In this document: positions 20,769-30,423 of the stretch, piece after piece | How positions within the stretch are numbered: position 1 is the stretch's first letter | How the letters are laid out: each line of letters starts with the position of its first letter | Assembly (NCBI GenBank): GCA_003056145.1 | Contig: LSNL01000002.1 | Location: 36,369 to 100,368 of the forward strand | Direction: 5' to 3' | Source of the DNA: Parcubacteria group bacterium M10-OD1-1 | Lineage (GTDB): Bacteria > Patescibacteriota > Minisyncoccia > Moranbacterales > UBA2206 | DNA: 64,000 bases | The notes under the pieces: generated by a model | Database searches by the model: none | What the model saw: only the letters and a program-made list of their open reading frames with translations | Told to the model about the DNA's origin: nothing | Program-made: the position numbers and the translations under genes

Positions 20769-21959
20769 ATGAAATCATTTCTAATTAAAATTGGTAAAGC
20801 TTTTTCAGTTTTAAGAAGAGACGGGATAATGCAAGGTGGAAAAAGAGTCCTCGGTTATTTGAGTCTATTTTTAAAAACTATCTTTTTGGTTAAGCCGGGG
20901 GAAGTATTATTTATAACGGGAGGAGTCGGTGATAGCGCTCTTTATCGGACTTATAATCAAGCGGAAGAATTAAATTTGCATAAAATTAAAGCTTCCGTTG
21001 CTTTGCAAGATAGTCTAAGCCTAGTTTCTTTAGCTAAAAAATTTAAAATATTCATTTTTCATCGAACAAACTACACAAAAAAAATAGCTCAATTAATTCA
21101 AGAAATAAAAAATCAAAAAAAAGAAATTATTTTTGAAACTGATGATTTAGTATTTGATGCTCAATATATCCAAGCCACGGACTTATATCAAAATAAAATG
21201 AGTAGTTTGGAAAAAATGCAATACCAAACGGGAGTAGGAGAAGAAATTCTTAAAGATGACTATGTAAAAACTTGCCTTACTTCATCTACTTATTTGGCAA
21301 AAATTTTAGCTACTTATCAAAAAAAAGTATTTATCACAAAAAACAAAATTTCTAACTCAGAGCTAGAAATTATTGAAAATATTTTAAAGCAAAAAAGGAA
21401 ATCTGACGATGATTATGTGAAAGTTGGTTATTTCAGTGGAACAAATAGTCATAACAAGGATTTCGCTACTATCGTGGAGGTCCTAATTGATATCTTAGAA
21501 AAATATTCCCAAGTGCAACTTATTTTAGCTGGACCTTTAGATATTGATAGCCGATTAGATAAATATAAAAAAAGAATTATCCAATTACCTTTTGCCAACA
21601 GAAAAAAATATTGGCTTAATGTCTTTCAATCTGATATTATTTTAGCTCCCCTGCAAGTCAATAATCCTTTTTGCGATTCTAAGTCAGAGTTAAAATTTTT
21701 TGAAGCAGGAATTTTGAAAATTCCAGTGGTAGCTGTCAGAAATCAAACTTTTTCTGAAGCTATTATGGAAGGGGTAGATGGTTTTTTGGCTAGTAGTCCA
21801 GAAGAATGGAAAAATAAAATTAGTCGTTTAGTGGAAGACAAGGAATTGAGAAAATCAATTGGGGAAAAGGCTTATCAGAAAGTATTGCAAAATTATACAA
21901 ACAGAAATAGTCATAACGAAAAATATTACAATTATCTCAGGGAGATTTTAGACAATTAA
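20769..21959 (+). CDS. Putative GT-B fold glycosyltransferase
   Basis: C-terminal ELKFFEAGILKIPVVAV resembles the GT-B EX7E-like region. Lies within the glycan cluster. Confidence 0.4.
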   Translation: MKSFLIKIGKAFSVLRRDGIMQGGKRVLGYLSLFLKTIFLVKPGEVLFITGGVGDSALYRTYNQAEELNLHKIKASVALQDSLSLVSLAKKFKIFIFHRTNYTKKIAQLIQEIKNQKKEIIFETDDLVFDAQYIQATDLYQNKMSSLEKMQYQTGVGEEILKDDYVKTCLTSSTYLAKILATYQKKVFITKNKISNSELEIIENILKQKRKSDDDYVKVGYFSGTNSHNKDFATIVEVLIDILEKYSQVQLILAGPLDIDSRLDKYKKRIIQLPFANRKKYWLNVFQSDIILAPLQVNNPFCDSKSELKFFEAGILKIPVVAVRNQTFSEAIMEGVDGFLASSPEEWKNKISRLVEDKELRKSIGEKAYQKVLQNYTNRNSHNEKYYNYLREILDN

Positions 21960-22042
21960 ATTTAAGAGTAAGCTTTAGTTTTAGCTAAGAGAAAAAATTA
22001 GTTAAAATAATTTAATTAGTAATTAAAAATTATTAAATTAGT

Positions 22043-23143
22043 ATGAAAATAGCTTTGGTACATGATTATTTGGTTCAATATGGAGGAGCAGAGAGAGTGC
22101 TGGAATGTTTCACGGAACTTTTTCCTGAGGCTACTATTTATACTTTAGTCTATAGCCAAAAGTTGATGAGAGGGAAATTTTCTGAAAAAAGAATTAAGAC
22201 TTCTTTTGTTCAAAAAATACCTTTGGCTAAAAAAAAGCATAGAATTTTTCCTCTTTTTATGACTATTGGAATAGAACAATTTGATTTTTCTGATTACGAT
22301 GTGGTTTTATCTGATTCTTCTAGTTATGCCAAGGGGATTATTACTAATCCGAGCACATTACATATTTGTTATATGCATACACCGATGAGATACGCTTGGG
22401 ATGATTGTCAGAAATATGTTAATGATTTTTATTTCCCGAATATTATTAAAAAAATGATTCCCTTTGTAATGAATTATATTAGGTTATGGGATAAAGTCAG
22501 TGCTGATCGTCCAGATAAAATTATTGCTAATTCTAGGTTTGTCGCTAAAAGGATAAAAAAATATTATCGGCGAGAGGCGACAATTATTCATCCGCCAGTT
22601 AACATTGATAATTTTCAGATTATTAAAAAACAGGAACCTTATTTTTTAATGGTAGGTCGGTTAATCGCATATAAAAGATTTGATATCAGTATTAAAGCTT
22701 TTAACCAATTAGGCTTAAAATTAAAAGTTATTGGTCGAGGACCAGAATTAAAAAGATTAAAAAAAATGGCTGGATCTAATATTGAGTTTTTAGGACGAGT
22801 GCCAGATGATAAATTAGCTGACTATTATGCTCGTTGCCAAGCTTTTATTTTTCCTCAAGAAGAAGATTTTGGAATTGTAGCTATTGAGGCAATGGCTTCA
22901 GGCAGACCTTTAATTGCTTATCGGGGAGGAGATATAGTTGAACATATGGAAGAAGGCAAGATGGGGATTTACTTTGATAATCAAGAAGTTTCAGATATAG
23001 TTGAAGCGGTAAAAAAATTTCAGCAACAAAACTTTAATCCTGAATATATCAAGAAACAAACTTTGAAATTTGACAAAAGAGAGTTTAAGGCTAAAATAAA
23101 GGAATATATAGAGACAGAGTTTCAGCAAAAAGGAAAAGGTTGA
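22043..23143 (+). CDS. GT4 glycosyltransferase
   Basis: EDFGIVAIEAMASGRPLIA motif. Confidence 0.8.
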   Translation: MKIALVHDYLVQYGGAERVLECFTELFPEATIYTLVYSQKLMRGKFSEKRIKTSFVQKIPLAKKKHRIFPLFMTIGIEQFDFSDYDVVLSDSSSYAKGIITNPSTLHICYMHTPMRYAWDDCQKYVNDFYFPNIIKKMIPFVMNYIRLWDKVSADRPDKIIANSRFVAKRIKKYYRREATIIHPPVNIDNFQIIKKQEPYFLMVGRLIAYKRFDISIKAFNQLGLKLKVIGRGPELKRLKKMAGSNIEFLGRVPDDKLADYYARCQAFIFPQEEDFGIVAIEAMASGRPLIAYRGGDIVEHMEEGKMGIYFDNQEVSDIVEAVKKFQQQNFNPEYIKKQTLKFDKREFKAKIKEYIETEFQQKGKG

Positions 23144-23173
23144 TGATTTAAATTTTTCAAGAGTTAGAAGATT

Positions 23174-23779
23174 ATGGAATTAAAAGAGTATATAGCGATT
23201 ATTAGAAAACAAAAATATTTATTCGGGCTAATAACTTTGATGGTAATTTTGGGAACTTTTCTTTTTTTCTTTTGGCAACCAGTTTCTTATGATACTTCTT
23301 TAACTCTAAATGTGACAAGAATTGGAGAACAAACAACTAAGGATTTTCGCTATGATGATTTTTATCGTTTACAAGCTGATGAAAAATTCGCTGAAACTAT
23401 TGTTCAATGGCTTCAGAGTCCACGGATAATAGCTAATATTTATACTAAAGCTGGGATTAAATATCAAAATATTAGCTTGCCAACTTTAAGAAAAAGGTTC
23501 CTAGCTGAAAAAAAATCTTCACAGGTAGTAACGGTCAATTTTTCAAGCTCTTCTTTTAAGAGAGCTAAAAGTATTTCCAAAGGCATTGAGCAAGAACTTA
23601 ATCAAAAAACTCAAGCTTTAAACAAATATCAGAAAGAAAAGTCTTGGTTTACCGTAATGACCGATAAGCCAATTATTGTAAAACACAAATATAATTATAA
23701 AATTATTTTTCTAGCTTCATTTTTAATGGGAATTTTCCTATCTTTTTGGGGAGTTTTAGTAAAACATTATTGGAGTTAA
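23174..23779 (+). CDS. Wzz/chain-length-determinant-like small membrane protein
   Basis: N-terminal YIAIIRKQKYLFGLITLMVILGTF TM helix, followed by a periplasmic segment and a C-terminal TM helix. Confidence 0.45.
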   Translation: MELKEYIAIIRKQKYLFGLITLMVILGTFLFFFWQPVSYDTSLTLNVTRIGEQTTKDFRYDDFYRLQADEKFAETIVQWLQSPRIIANIYTKAGIKYQNISLPTLRKRFLAEKKSSQVVTVNFSSSSFKRAKSISKGIEQELNQKTQALNKYQKEKSWFTVMTDKPIIVKHKYNYKIIFLASFLMGIFLSFWGVLVKHYWS

Positions 23780-23804
23780 AATAATTTTTAGCGATATTAA
23801 AGAT

Positions 23805-24977
23805 ATGAAAATAGCCGTAGATGTTAGATGTCTAGCCGATGGCAGAAGAACAGGAGTTGAAGAATATGTCCTCAACTTACTTTCTAACTTATTTCAATTG
23901 GACAAAAAAAATCAGTATGTCCTTTTTTTAAATTCGTGGAGAGAAGTTAACTCAGACTTCGCTTGGATTGAAAAATATCCTAATGTCTCTTTGAAAAAAT
24001 TCCATTGGTCAAATAAAATTTTGAATTTATTTTTTTGGTATTTTCATTGGCCAAAAATTGATCAGTTAGTTGGAGGGGCTGAAATAGTTTTTTTGCCTAA
24101 TATTATTTTTGCAAGCGTTAGTTCAAAAACTAAATTAGTGGCTACAATACATGATCTTTCTTTTGAATATTATCCAGAATATTTTTCTTTAAAAAGAAGG
24201 TGGTGGCATATTTTTGTTAATCCTAGAAAAATTTGTCAAAGAGCGGATAAAATTATTGCTGTTTCTAATTCTACTAAGGATGATTTATTGAATTTATATA
24301 GAGTACCTTCTTCTAAAATAGAGGTTATTTATAACGCGGGAGATAAAAAATTTAGAGTAATCAACCGCAATAATGAAAAATTAATTCAGACGAAAGAAAA
24401 ATATTCTTTACCGTATAAATTTATTTTATATCTAGGAACAGTAGAGCCAAGGAAAAATATCGTTGGTATTATTAAGGCTTATAATCAATTTCAAAGCTGG
24501 GCCCAGAAAACTGAGAATGAAGAATTACAAAAAATAAGATTAGTAATTGCTGGAGCTAAGGGCTGGTTAGATGAAGAAATCTATAAGGAGATTGAAAAAT
24601 CAAAATTTTCAACTAAAATAAAGATTATTGATTTTATTCCAGATGAAAATAAAGAATATGTTTATAATCTGGCTTCTTTATTTATTTATCCTTCTTTTTT
24701 TGAGGGATTTGGTTTTCCTCCTTTAGAGGCTATGCAATGTGGTTTACCGGTAATTGTTTCTAATAATTCATCTTTGCCTGAGATAGTAGGAAAGGCGGGT
24801 ATTCTAATAGAAGCTAGCAAGCCAGATGAGATTTATAGAGCGTTTAAAGAATTCTTTCTTAATCAAAAACTACAAGAAAAACTTAAAGAAGAGGGACTCA
24901 GGCAAGCTAAAAAATTTCAGTGGTCAGAAACAGCTAAAAAAACTTTAGCTATTTTTCAGCAATTAAAAAATAAGTAG
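23805..24977 (+). CDS. GT4 glycosyltransferase
   Basis: [21 protein letters not shown] motif. Confidence 0.8.
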   Translation: MKIAVDVRCLADGRRTGVEEYVLNLLSNLFQLDKKNQYVLFLNSWREVNSDFAWIEKYPNVSLKKFHWSNKILNLFFWYFHWPKIDQLVGGAEIVFLPNIIFASVSSKTKLVATIHDLSFEYYPEYFSLKRRWWHIFVNPRKICQRADKIIAVSNSTKDDLLNLYRVPSSKIEVIYNAGDKKFRVINRNNEKLIQTKEKYSLPYKFILYLGTVEPRKNIVGIIKAYNQFQSWAQKTENEELQKIRLVIAGAKGWLDEEIYKEIEKSKFSTKIKIIDFIPDENKEYVYNLASLFIYPSFFEGFGFPPLEAMQCGLPVIVSNNSSLPEIVGKAGILIEASKPDEIYRAFKEFFLNQKLQEKLKEEGLRQAKKFQWSETAKKTLAIFQQLKNK

Positions 24978-25080
24978 TTAGCTAAGTGCTAAACTTTATT
25001 TATTTTGAAAGAGAGGTAGTTTTATTATTCTGTGCCGCTAATTTTCTAGTTGACGAAGCAGTTTTTTATTTGCCAAAAAA

Positions 25081-25090
25081 ATGGTATAAT
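25081..25090 (+). promoter_or_regulatory. Extended -10 promoter element (TGgTATAAT)
   Basis: TGGTATAAT lies 8 nt upstream of the ATG at 25098. Confidence 0.3.
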
Positions 25091-25097
25091 AAAAAGC

Positions 25098-26225
25098 ATG
25101 AGAATAGGAATAGATGCTCGTTTTTATGGTCCAATCGGCAAGGGCTTAGGGCGTTATACAGAAAAATTAATAGAAAATTTAGAAAAGATTGATCAGGAAA
25201 ATCAATATTTTATTTTTCTAAAAAAAGAAAATATTGACGAATATCAACCAAAAAATAAGAATTTTCAAAAAGTTTTAGCTGACTACCGATGGTATACTTT
25301 AGCGGAGCAAATTAAGTTTCCATACTTGATAAAAAAATACAAAATTGAGTTAATGCATTTTCCTCATTTTAATGTACCAATTTTTTATTGGGGAAAGTTC
25401 GTAGTAACTATTCACGATTTAATTTTATTGCACTTTCCAACTATTAGAAGTTCTACTTTGTCGCCCATTGTATATTGGTTTAAATTTTTAGCGTACAAGA
25501 TAGTTATTAGCTCGGCTATTCGGAGATCTAATAGGGTAATTACTGTTTCTCAGTTTACTAAAAATGATTTATTGGAAAAATATAAAAAAATTCCTAAAGA
25601 AAAAGTTTTAGTAACTTATGAAGCTTGTGACGAGTATCGATTATTTAATCCTCAGGAAAAGGATACTATTCTAAAACGTTATCAGATTAAGGTTCCTTAT
25701 TTACTTTATGTTGGAAATGCTTATCCTCATAAAAATCCAGAAAGGTTAGTGATGGCTTTTAAAGAAATAACTCAAATTTTACCTGATTTAAAGTTAGTTT
25801 TCGTTGGTTCTAAAGATTATTTTTATCAACGATTAGAAGACTTGGTTGTAACCGAAAAAATAAAAAATATTATTTTTGCTGGTTTTGTGCCAGATTATGA
25901 TTTGGATCCTATCTTTCAAAAAGCTATTGCTTACTTGCGTCCTTCGCTTTATGAGGGTTTTGAATTACCGCCTCTAGAAGCAATGGCAAGAGGACTTCCA
26001 GTCATTTGTTCCAGGCATACTTGTGCTCAAGAAATTTTAGAAGATAGTGTTCATTATTTTAATGGAGAGGATATTAGTGATATAATAAGGGCAATAAAAG
26101 ATATCGTGGAAAAAGAAGATTTAAGGAAGAAATTAATAGCTAAAGGTTACCAACAAGTAAAAAAATATAATTGGCAAACGATGGCAAAAAAAACTTTAAA
26201 ATTATATAAAAGTATAAAAAATTGA
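25098..26225 (+). CDS. GT4 glycosyltransferase
   Basis: YEGFELPPLEAMARGLPVICS motif. Start re-assigned to MRIGIDARFYGP; the track ORF begins upstream at 25050. Confidence 0.8.
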   Translation: MRIGIDARFYGPIGKGLGRYTEKLIENLEKIDQENQYFIFLKKENIDEYQPKNKNFQKVLADYRWYTLAEQIKFPYLIKKYKIELMHFPHFNVPIFYWGKFVVTIHDLILLHFPTIRSSTLSPIVYWFKFLAYKIVISSAIRRSNRVITVSQFTKNDLLEKYKKIPKEKVLVTYEACDEYRLFNPQEKDTILKRYQIKVPYLLYVGNAYPHKNPERLVMAFKEITQILPDLKLVFVGSKDYFYQRLEDLVVTEKIKNIIFAGFVPDYDLDPIFQKAIAYLRPSLYEGFELPPLEAMARGLPVICSRHTCAQEILEDSVHYFNGEDISDIIRAIKDIVEKEDLRKKLIAKGYQQVKKYNWQTMAKKTLKLYKSIKN

Positions 26226-28723
26226 TGGGGGAAAATAAAAACTCTAGTTGTAAGAAAAAGAGAATAGTGCCACAAATGTTTGATGTGCGTCCAGTTAATG
26301 AAGCTGGTGATTTCGATATGTCCAAATTAAAGAAAATGAAACGAGTAGTTAGTTTAGTTGAAAAGAGAAAAGAGCAAAAATTAAGTGGTAAAAAACTAAA
26401 AATTGGACAAACTAGTATTTTAGACGAAGAGGTTCAGAGATTTAATAAGGTTTTAGCGAAAAGTAATCATCAGATTAAATTAGCTAGTGAAATTAAAAAT
26501 GTCAAAGACATTTCTTTAGAATTTAAGGGAACAAAAAAAAGCGAATATGATGAAAAAAATTTGATCGAAAAAACTGTTAATAAAAAGAAAACTCAGAAAA
26601 AGGTTAAGACGAAAATTAAAACTAAGAGAAAAACAAGTATCTTTTCAGTTAGATCAAGAAAAAAGAAAAAAATAAAATCTGAAATTTCTCATAAAACTAA
26701 TAGAGAGAAACTTCAACAGCCAATAAAAAGATATTTTTGGATTTTGGCAAAAGCATCTTTTGCTCTAATCGTTTTATTTTTAATTTCTAATTTTGTTATT
26801 AAAGGCTGGCAAATTAAAAATAGTGGAATTTTAAAAACTCAAAAGGCTTTAGCGGAAATGGATCAAGCGAAAAACAATTTAAAAAAGGGTAATTTTCAAC
26901 AATCCTATCTCCAATTTAAGCAGGCTAGTGAAAAATTAAATGAAATGGCTCAAGAAATTAATGGAATGGGAAGTTTTTTGATAAAAGCTACTAAATATGT
27001 ACCTTATCTCTCTAAAGTTTCTTCTGGCGAACATTTGGTTTTGGCCGGTAAAGATTCAGCAAAAGCTGGTTCTTTGATTTCAGAAATGCTTCAATCAATA
27101 GAGGAAATCAAAAATCAAAAAAAGAAAACTGAATCTATTTCTTATTTAAAATTATTCCAGAATAATGAAAGTAAATTAAGGACAATTTCAGCTCTTCTAA
27201 AAGACGCAGAGAATAATTTTCAAGAAGTTAGGATTGATGATGTTCCAGCACCTTATCAAAATAAATTTATTGATATTCAGAAAAGATTACCAGAAATCAA
27301 TCAAGCCTTAACTAATTTTTTAAGTGAAGAAAAAATATTTGTAGATATTTTAGGTGGTAACGGACCAAGAAAATATTTATTTTTATTTCAAAATAATCAA
27401 GAAATGCGAGCGACAGGGGGATTTATTGGTAGCTATGGGTTGCTAGATATTTTTAATGGACGAGTGCGGAATTTTTTTATTGATGGTATTTATAATCCTG
27501 ATGGGCAATTGCATACAAAAATTGTTCCGCCTGCTCCTATTCAAAAAATTAGTGCTAATTGGAGCTTACATGATAGTAACTGGTTCCCAGATTTTCCTGA
27601 GAGTGCTGAAAAAGCTATTTGGTTTTATGAAAAAACTGGTGGTCCAACGGTAGATGGAGTTATCACAATGACACCAACGGTTATGCAAAAACTTTTAAAG
27701 GTAACTGGTCCAATCGCAATGCCTAAATATGGAGTGACAGTTGATGCTAATAATTTTATTGAAAAAATTCAATATGAAGTAGAAACTGATTATGATAAAG
27801 AGCTAAACCACCCAAAAAAGATTTTGAGCGATTTAGCTCCAAAAATTTTAGATAAGATATTTAATGGGCATAAGATTGGTGAGATTGCTAAAACAATGAA
27901 TGTTTTGTTGGCTAGTCTAAATGAAAAACAAATATTAATTTATTCTCGGAATTGGCAAATTGAAAAAATTTTAGCAGATAATAATTGGGCAGGACGAATA
28001 TTAAAAACGCCGAAAGATTATTTAAGTGTTATCAATACTAATATTAATGGATTTAAAACAGATGGCGTAATAAAAGAGAATATTTTCCATAAAGCGGAAA
28101 TTCAAGCGGATGGTTCTATTATTGATACAGTGATTATTACTAGAAAACATAATGGGGGAAATACTCCTTATGAATGGTGGAATAAAGTTAATACAGACTA
28201 TATGCGAGTTTATGTTCCTCAAGGATCTAAACTAATTAGTGCTGAAGGTCAAACTAGAGAATTTGATACACCACCGATTGATTATAAAGCGTTAGGCTTT
28301 CAAAGGGATCCTCAAGTGCAAGCCGAGGAAGATTCTATGCGGATAGACAATAAAAGCGGAACTAGAATATATAATGAAGCAGGGAAAACAGTTTTTGCTA
28401 ATTGGGTTTATGTTAGTCCGCAAGAGACGGTTACGCTTAAATATGTTTATCTCTTGCCTTTTAAAATTAAGTTTGATAGCGTAAGTAAACCGGCTGATAG
28501 CTATTCTTTGCTAGCTCAAAAACAATCAGGTAGTTTGGGCAGTGGTTTAGTGAGTGAAATTAATTATCCAAAAGCCTATAATGTAATTTGGCAATATCCT
28601 AAAAAGAATATTTTAGCGGTAACTAATTTACCAACTAACCAAAAAGGAGTAAAAGTAAAAACTACTTTAAAAGTTGATAAATTTATGGGCTTAGTTTTCT
28701 CACAAACACTTGGCAACAATTAA
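26222..28723 (+). CDS. Large membrane-anchored extracellular protein with Lys-rich N-terminus and GGGF domain (possibly DUF4012-like), paralog of 19341..20723
   Basis: 833 aa. Lys-rich N-terminal 170 aa, a TM helix at YFWILAKASFALIVLFLISNFVI, then the shared conserved domain. Confidence 0.4.
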   Translation: MMGENKNSSCKKKRIVPQMFDVRPVNEAGDFDMSKLKKMKRVVSLVEKRKEQKLSGKKLKIGQTSILDEEVQRFNKVLAKSNHQIKLASEIKNVKDISLEFKGTKKSEYDEKNLIEKTVNKKKTQKKVKTKIKTKRKTSIFSVRSRKKKKIKSEISHKTNREKLQQPIKRYFWILAKASFALIVLFLISNFVIKGWQIKNSGILKTQKALAEMDQAKNNLKKGNFQQSYLQFKQASEKLNEMAQEINGMGSFLIKATKYVPYLSKVSSGEHLVLAGKDSAKAGSLISEMLQSIEEIKNQKKKTESISYLKLFQNNESKLRTISALLKDAENNFQEVRIDDVPAPYQNKFIDIQKRLPEINQALTNFLSEEKIFVDILGGNGPRKYLFLFQNNQEMRATGGFIGSYGLLDIFNGRVRNFFIDGIYNPDGQLHTKIVPPAPIQKISANWSLHDSNWFPDFPESAEKAIWFYEKTGGPTVDGVITMTPTVMQKLLKVTGPIAMPKYGVTVDANNFIEKIQYEVETDYDKELNHPKKILSDLAPKILDKIFNGHKIGEIAKTMNVLLASLNEKQILIYSRNWQIEKILADNNWAGRILKTPKDYLSVINTNINGFKTDGVIKENIFHKAEIQADGSIIDTVIITRKHNGGNTPYEWWNKVNTDYMRVYVPQGSKLISAEGQTREFDTPPIDYKALGFQRDPQVQAEEDSMRIDNKSGTRIYNEAGKTVFANWVYVSPQETVTLKYVYLLPFKIKFDSVSKPADSYSLLAQKQSGSLGSGLVSEINYPKAYNVIWQYPKKNILAVTNLPTNQKGVKVKTTLKVDKFMGLVFSQTLGNN

Positions 28724-28750
28724 ATCAACGATTGAAAATTATAATAAAAT

Positions 28751-30400
28751 ATGATTAAAAAAATTATTAAAGATAATTTGATAAATTCTCGTCCTTATAA
28801 TTCTATAATGTCGGCGGCTTTTCTAATCACAGTAGCTGGGTTAGCCAGTAGAATTCTAGGTTTATTACGAGATAGATTATTGGCTTCTACTTTTGGAGCG
28901 GGGGATACTTTAGATGTTTATTATGCAGCTTTTCGGGTGCCAGATTTAATTTATAATCTTCTGATTTTAGGAGCACTTTCGGCGGCTTTTATTCCTCTTT
29001 TTACTGGACTAATTAGTAATAAAAAAGAAAAAGAAGCTCAAAATTTAGCGAGTGGAATAATGAATTTAGCTATTATAGCTATTGTTTTTTTATCTTTAAT
29101 TCTTGCTTGGCTTTCTCCTCAATTGATGAAACTAATTACACCAGGATTTTCTCCAGCTAAAATGAAAGTGGTAGTAACTTTTACTCGGATAATGTTTTTA
29201 AGTCCTTTATTTCTAGGTATCAGCGGTGTTTTCAGTGGGATACTAACTTCTTATAAACGATTTTTTGTTTATTCTTTAGCTCCAATTTTCTATAATTTCG
29301 GCATAATCATAGGAGTAGTTTTTTTCGTCAGGTTTTGGGGTCCAATCGGATTAGCTTGGGGAGTGGTTTTTGGAGCTTTTTTACATATGTTAGTCCAATA
29401 TCCAGCAGCTCATAGATTAGGATTTCGACAAAGTTGGTCTTTTTGGAAATATTTGTCTGACAAAGATGTAAGGAGAGTTTTTAAATTGATGATTCCTAGA
29501 ACTATGGGTATCGCGGTTAATCAGGTCAATCTATTTGTAATTACCATTTTTGCTTCTACCTTAGCTTCAGGAAGTTTAGCCGTTTTTAGTTTTGCTCAAA
29601 ATTTACAGAGCGTCCCTTTGGGAATTTTTGGAATTTCTTTTGCTATTGCAGTTTTTCCAACTCTTTCAGCTTTAGCTTCTAAGAAAGATGATCAGCAGCT
29701 CATAAAAACTTTTTCTCAAACTTTTAGACAAATACTTTTTTTCGTTATTCCAATTAGTGTTTTTATTATAATTTTAAGAGCTCAGATAGTAAGAGTTGTT
29801 TTAGGAGCTGGAAAATTTAGTTGGGAGGATACTACTTTAACTTTTCAATGTTTAGGGATTTTTGCTTTAAGCTTATTTGCTCAAAGTGTTATTCCTCTTT
29901 TGGCGAGAGTTTTTTATGCTAGACATAATACTAAGACGCCTTTTTACGTGGCGATTGCAGCCGAAGCAGTTAATATCGTAACAGTTTTGCTATTGATTGG
30001 AAAATATCAAATTCTTAGTTTGGCGATAGCTTTTTCTCTAGCTAGTATTATTCAGATGTTTTTACTATTATTTATTTTAAGGTTAGAATTTGAAAAATTA
30101 GATGATCGGAGGATTGTTGAATCAATTAGTAAAATTGCTTTAGCGACTTTTTTTGGCGGACTAACTATTCAATTGTTCAAGTTTTTAATCGCTAAAATAA
30201 TCAATCTGAACACTTTTCTCGGAGTTTTTGCTCAATTATCCTTATCTATAATAGCAGGAGGGGCAATATTTTTATTGGTTAGCTATTTAATGAAGTCCGA
30301 AGAATTTATTAGTTTTAAAACATCTCTAACGAAAAAAATATTTAAAGGGAAAAAGATTTTTCCTAAAGAAGATACTAGCGGAGTTAGTGGTGTATTATAA
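28751..30400 (+). CDS. murJ: Lipid II flippase MurJ
   Basis: LGLLRDRLLASTFGAGDTLDVYYAAFRVPDLIYNLLILGALSAAFIPLF, with 14 TM helices. Confidence 0.85.
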   Translation: MIKKIIKDNLINSRPYNSIMSAAFLITVAGLASRILGLLRDRLLASTFGAGDTLDVYYAAFRVPDLIYNLLILGALSAAFIPLFTGLISNKKEKEAQNLASGIMNLAIIAIVFLSLILAWLSPQLMKLITPGFSPAKMKVVVTFTRIMFLSPLFLGISGVFSGILTSYKRFFVYSLAPIFYNFGIIIGVVFFVRFWGPIGLAWGVVFGAFLHMLVQYPAAHRLGFRQSWSFWKYLSDKDVRRVFKLMIPRTMGIAVNQVNLFVITIFASTLASGSLAVFSFAQNLQSVPLGIFGISFAIAVFPTLSALASKKDDQQLIKTFSQTFRQILFFVIPISVFIIILRAQIVRVVLGAGKFSWEDTTLTFQCLGIFALSLFAQSVIPLLARVFYARHNTKTPFYVAIAAEAVNIVTVLLLIGKYQILSLAIAFSLASIIQMFLLLFILRLEFEKLDDRRIVESISKIALATFFGGLTIQLFKFLIAKIINLNTFLGVFAQLSLSIIAGGAIFLLVSYLMKSEEFISFKTSLTKKIFKGKKIFPKEDTSGVSGVL

Positions 30401-30423
30401 AGTAAAATATTTATTAAAAAATT

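Noticed and set aside
24986-25192. 68-aa ORF, and the upstream-extended start (25050) of the GT4 gene.
   Set aside because: It overlaps the promoter-like TGGTATAAT element. The GT4 N-terminus conserved among the paralogs begins at MRIGIDARF (25098).
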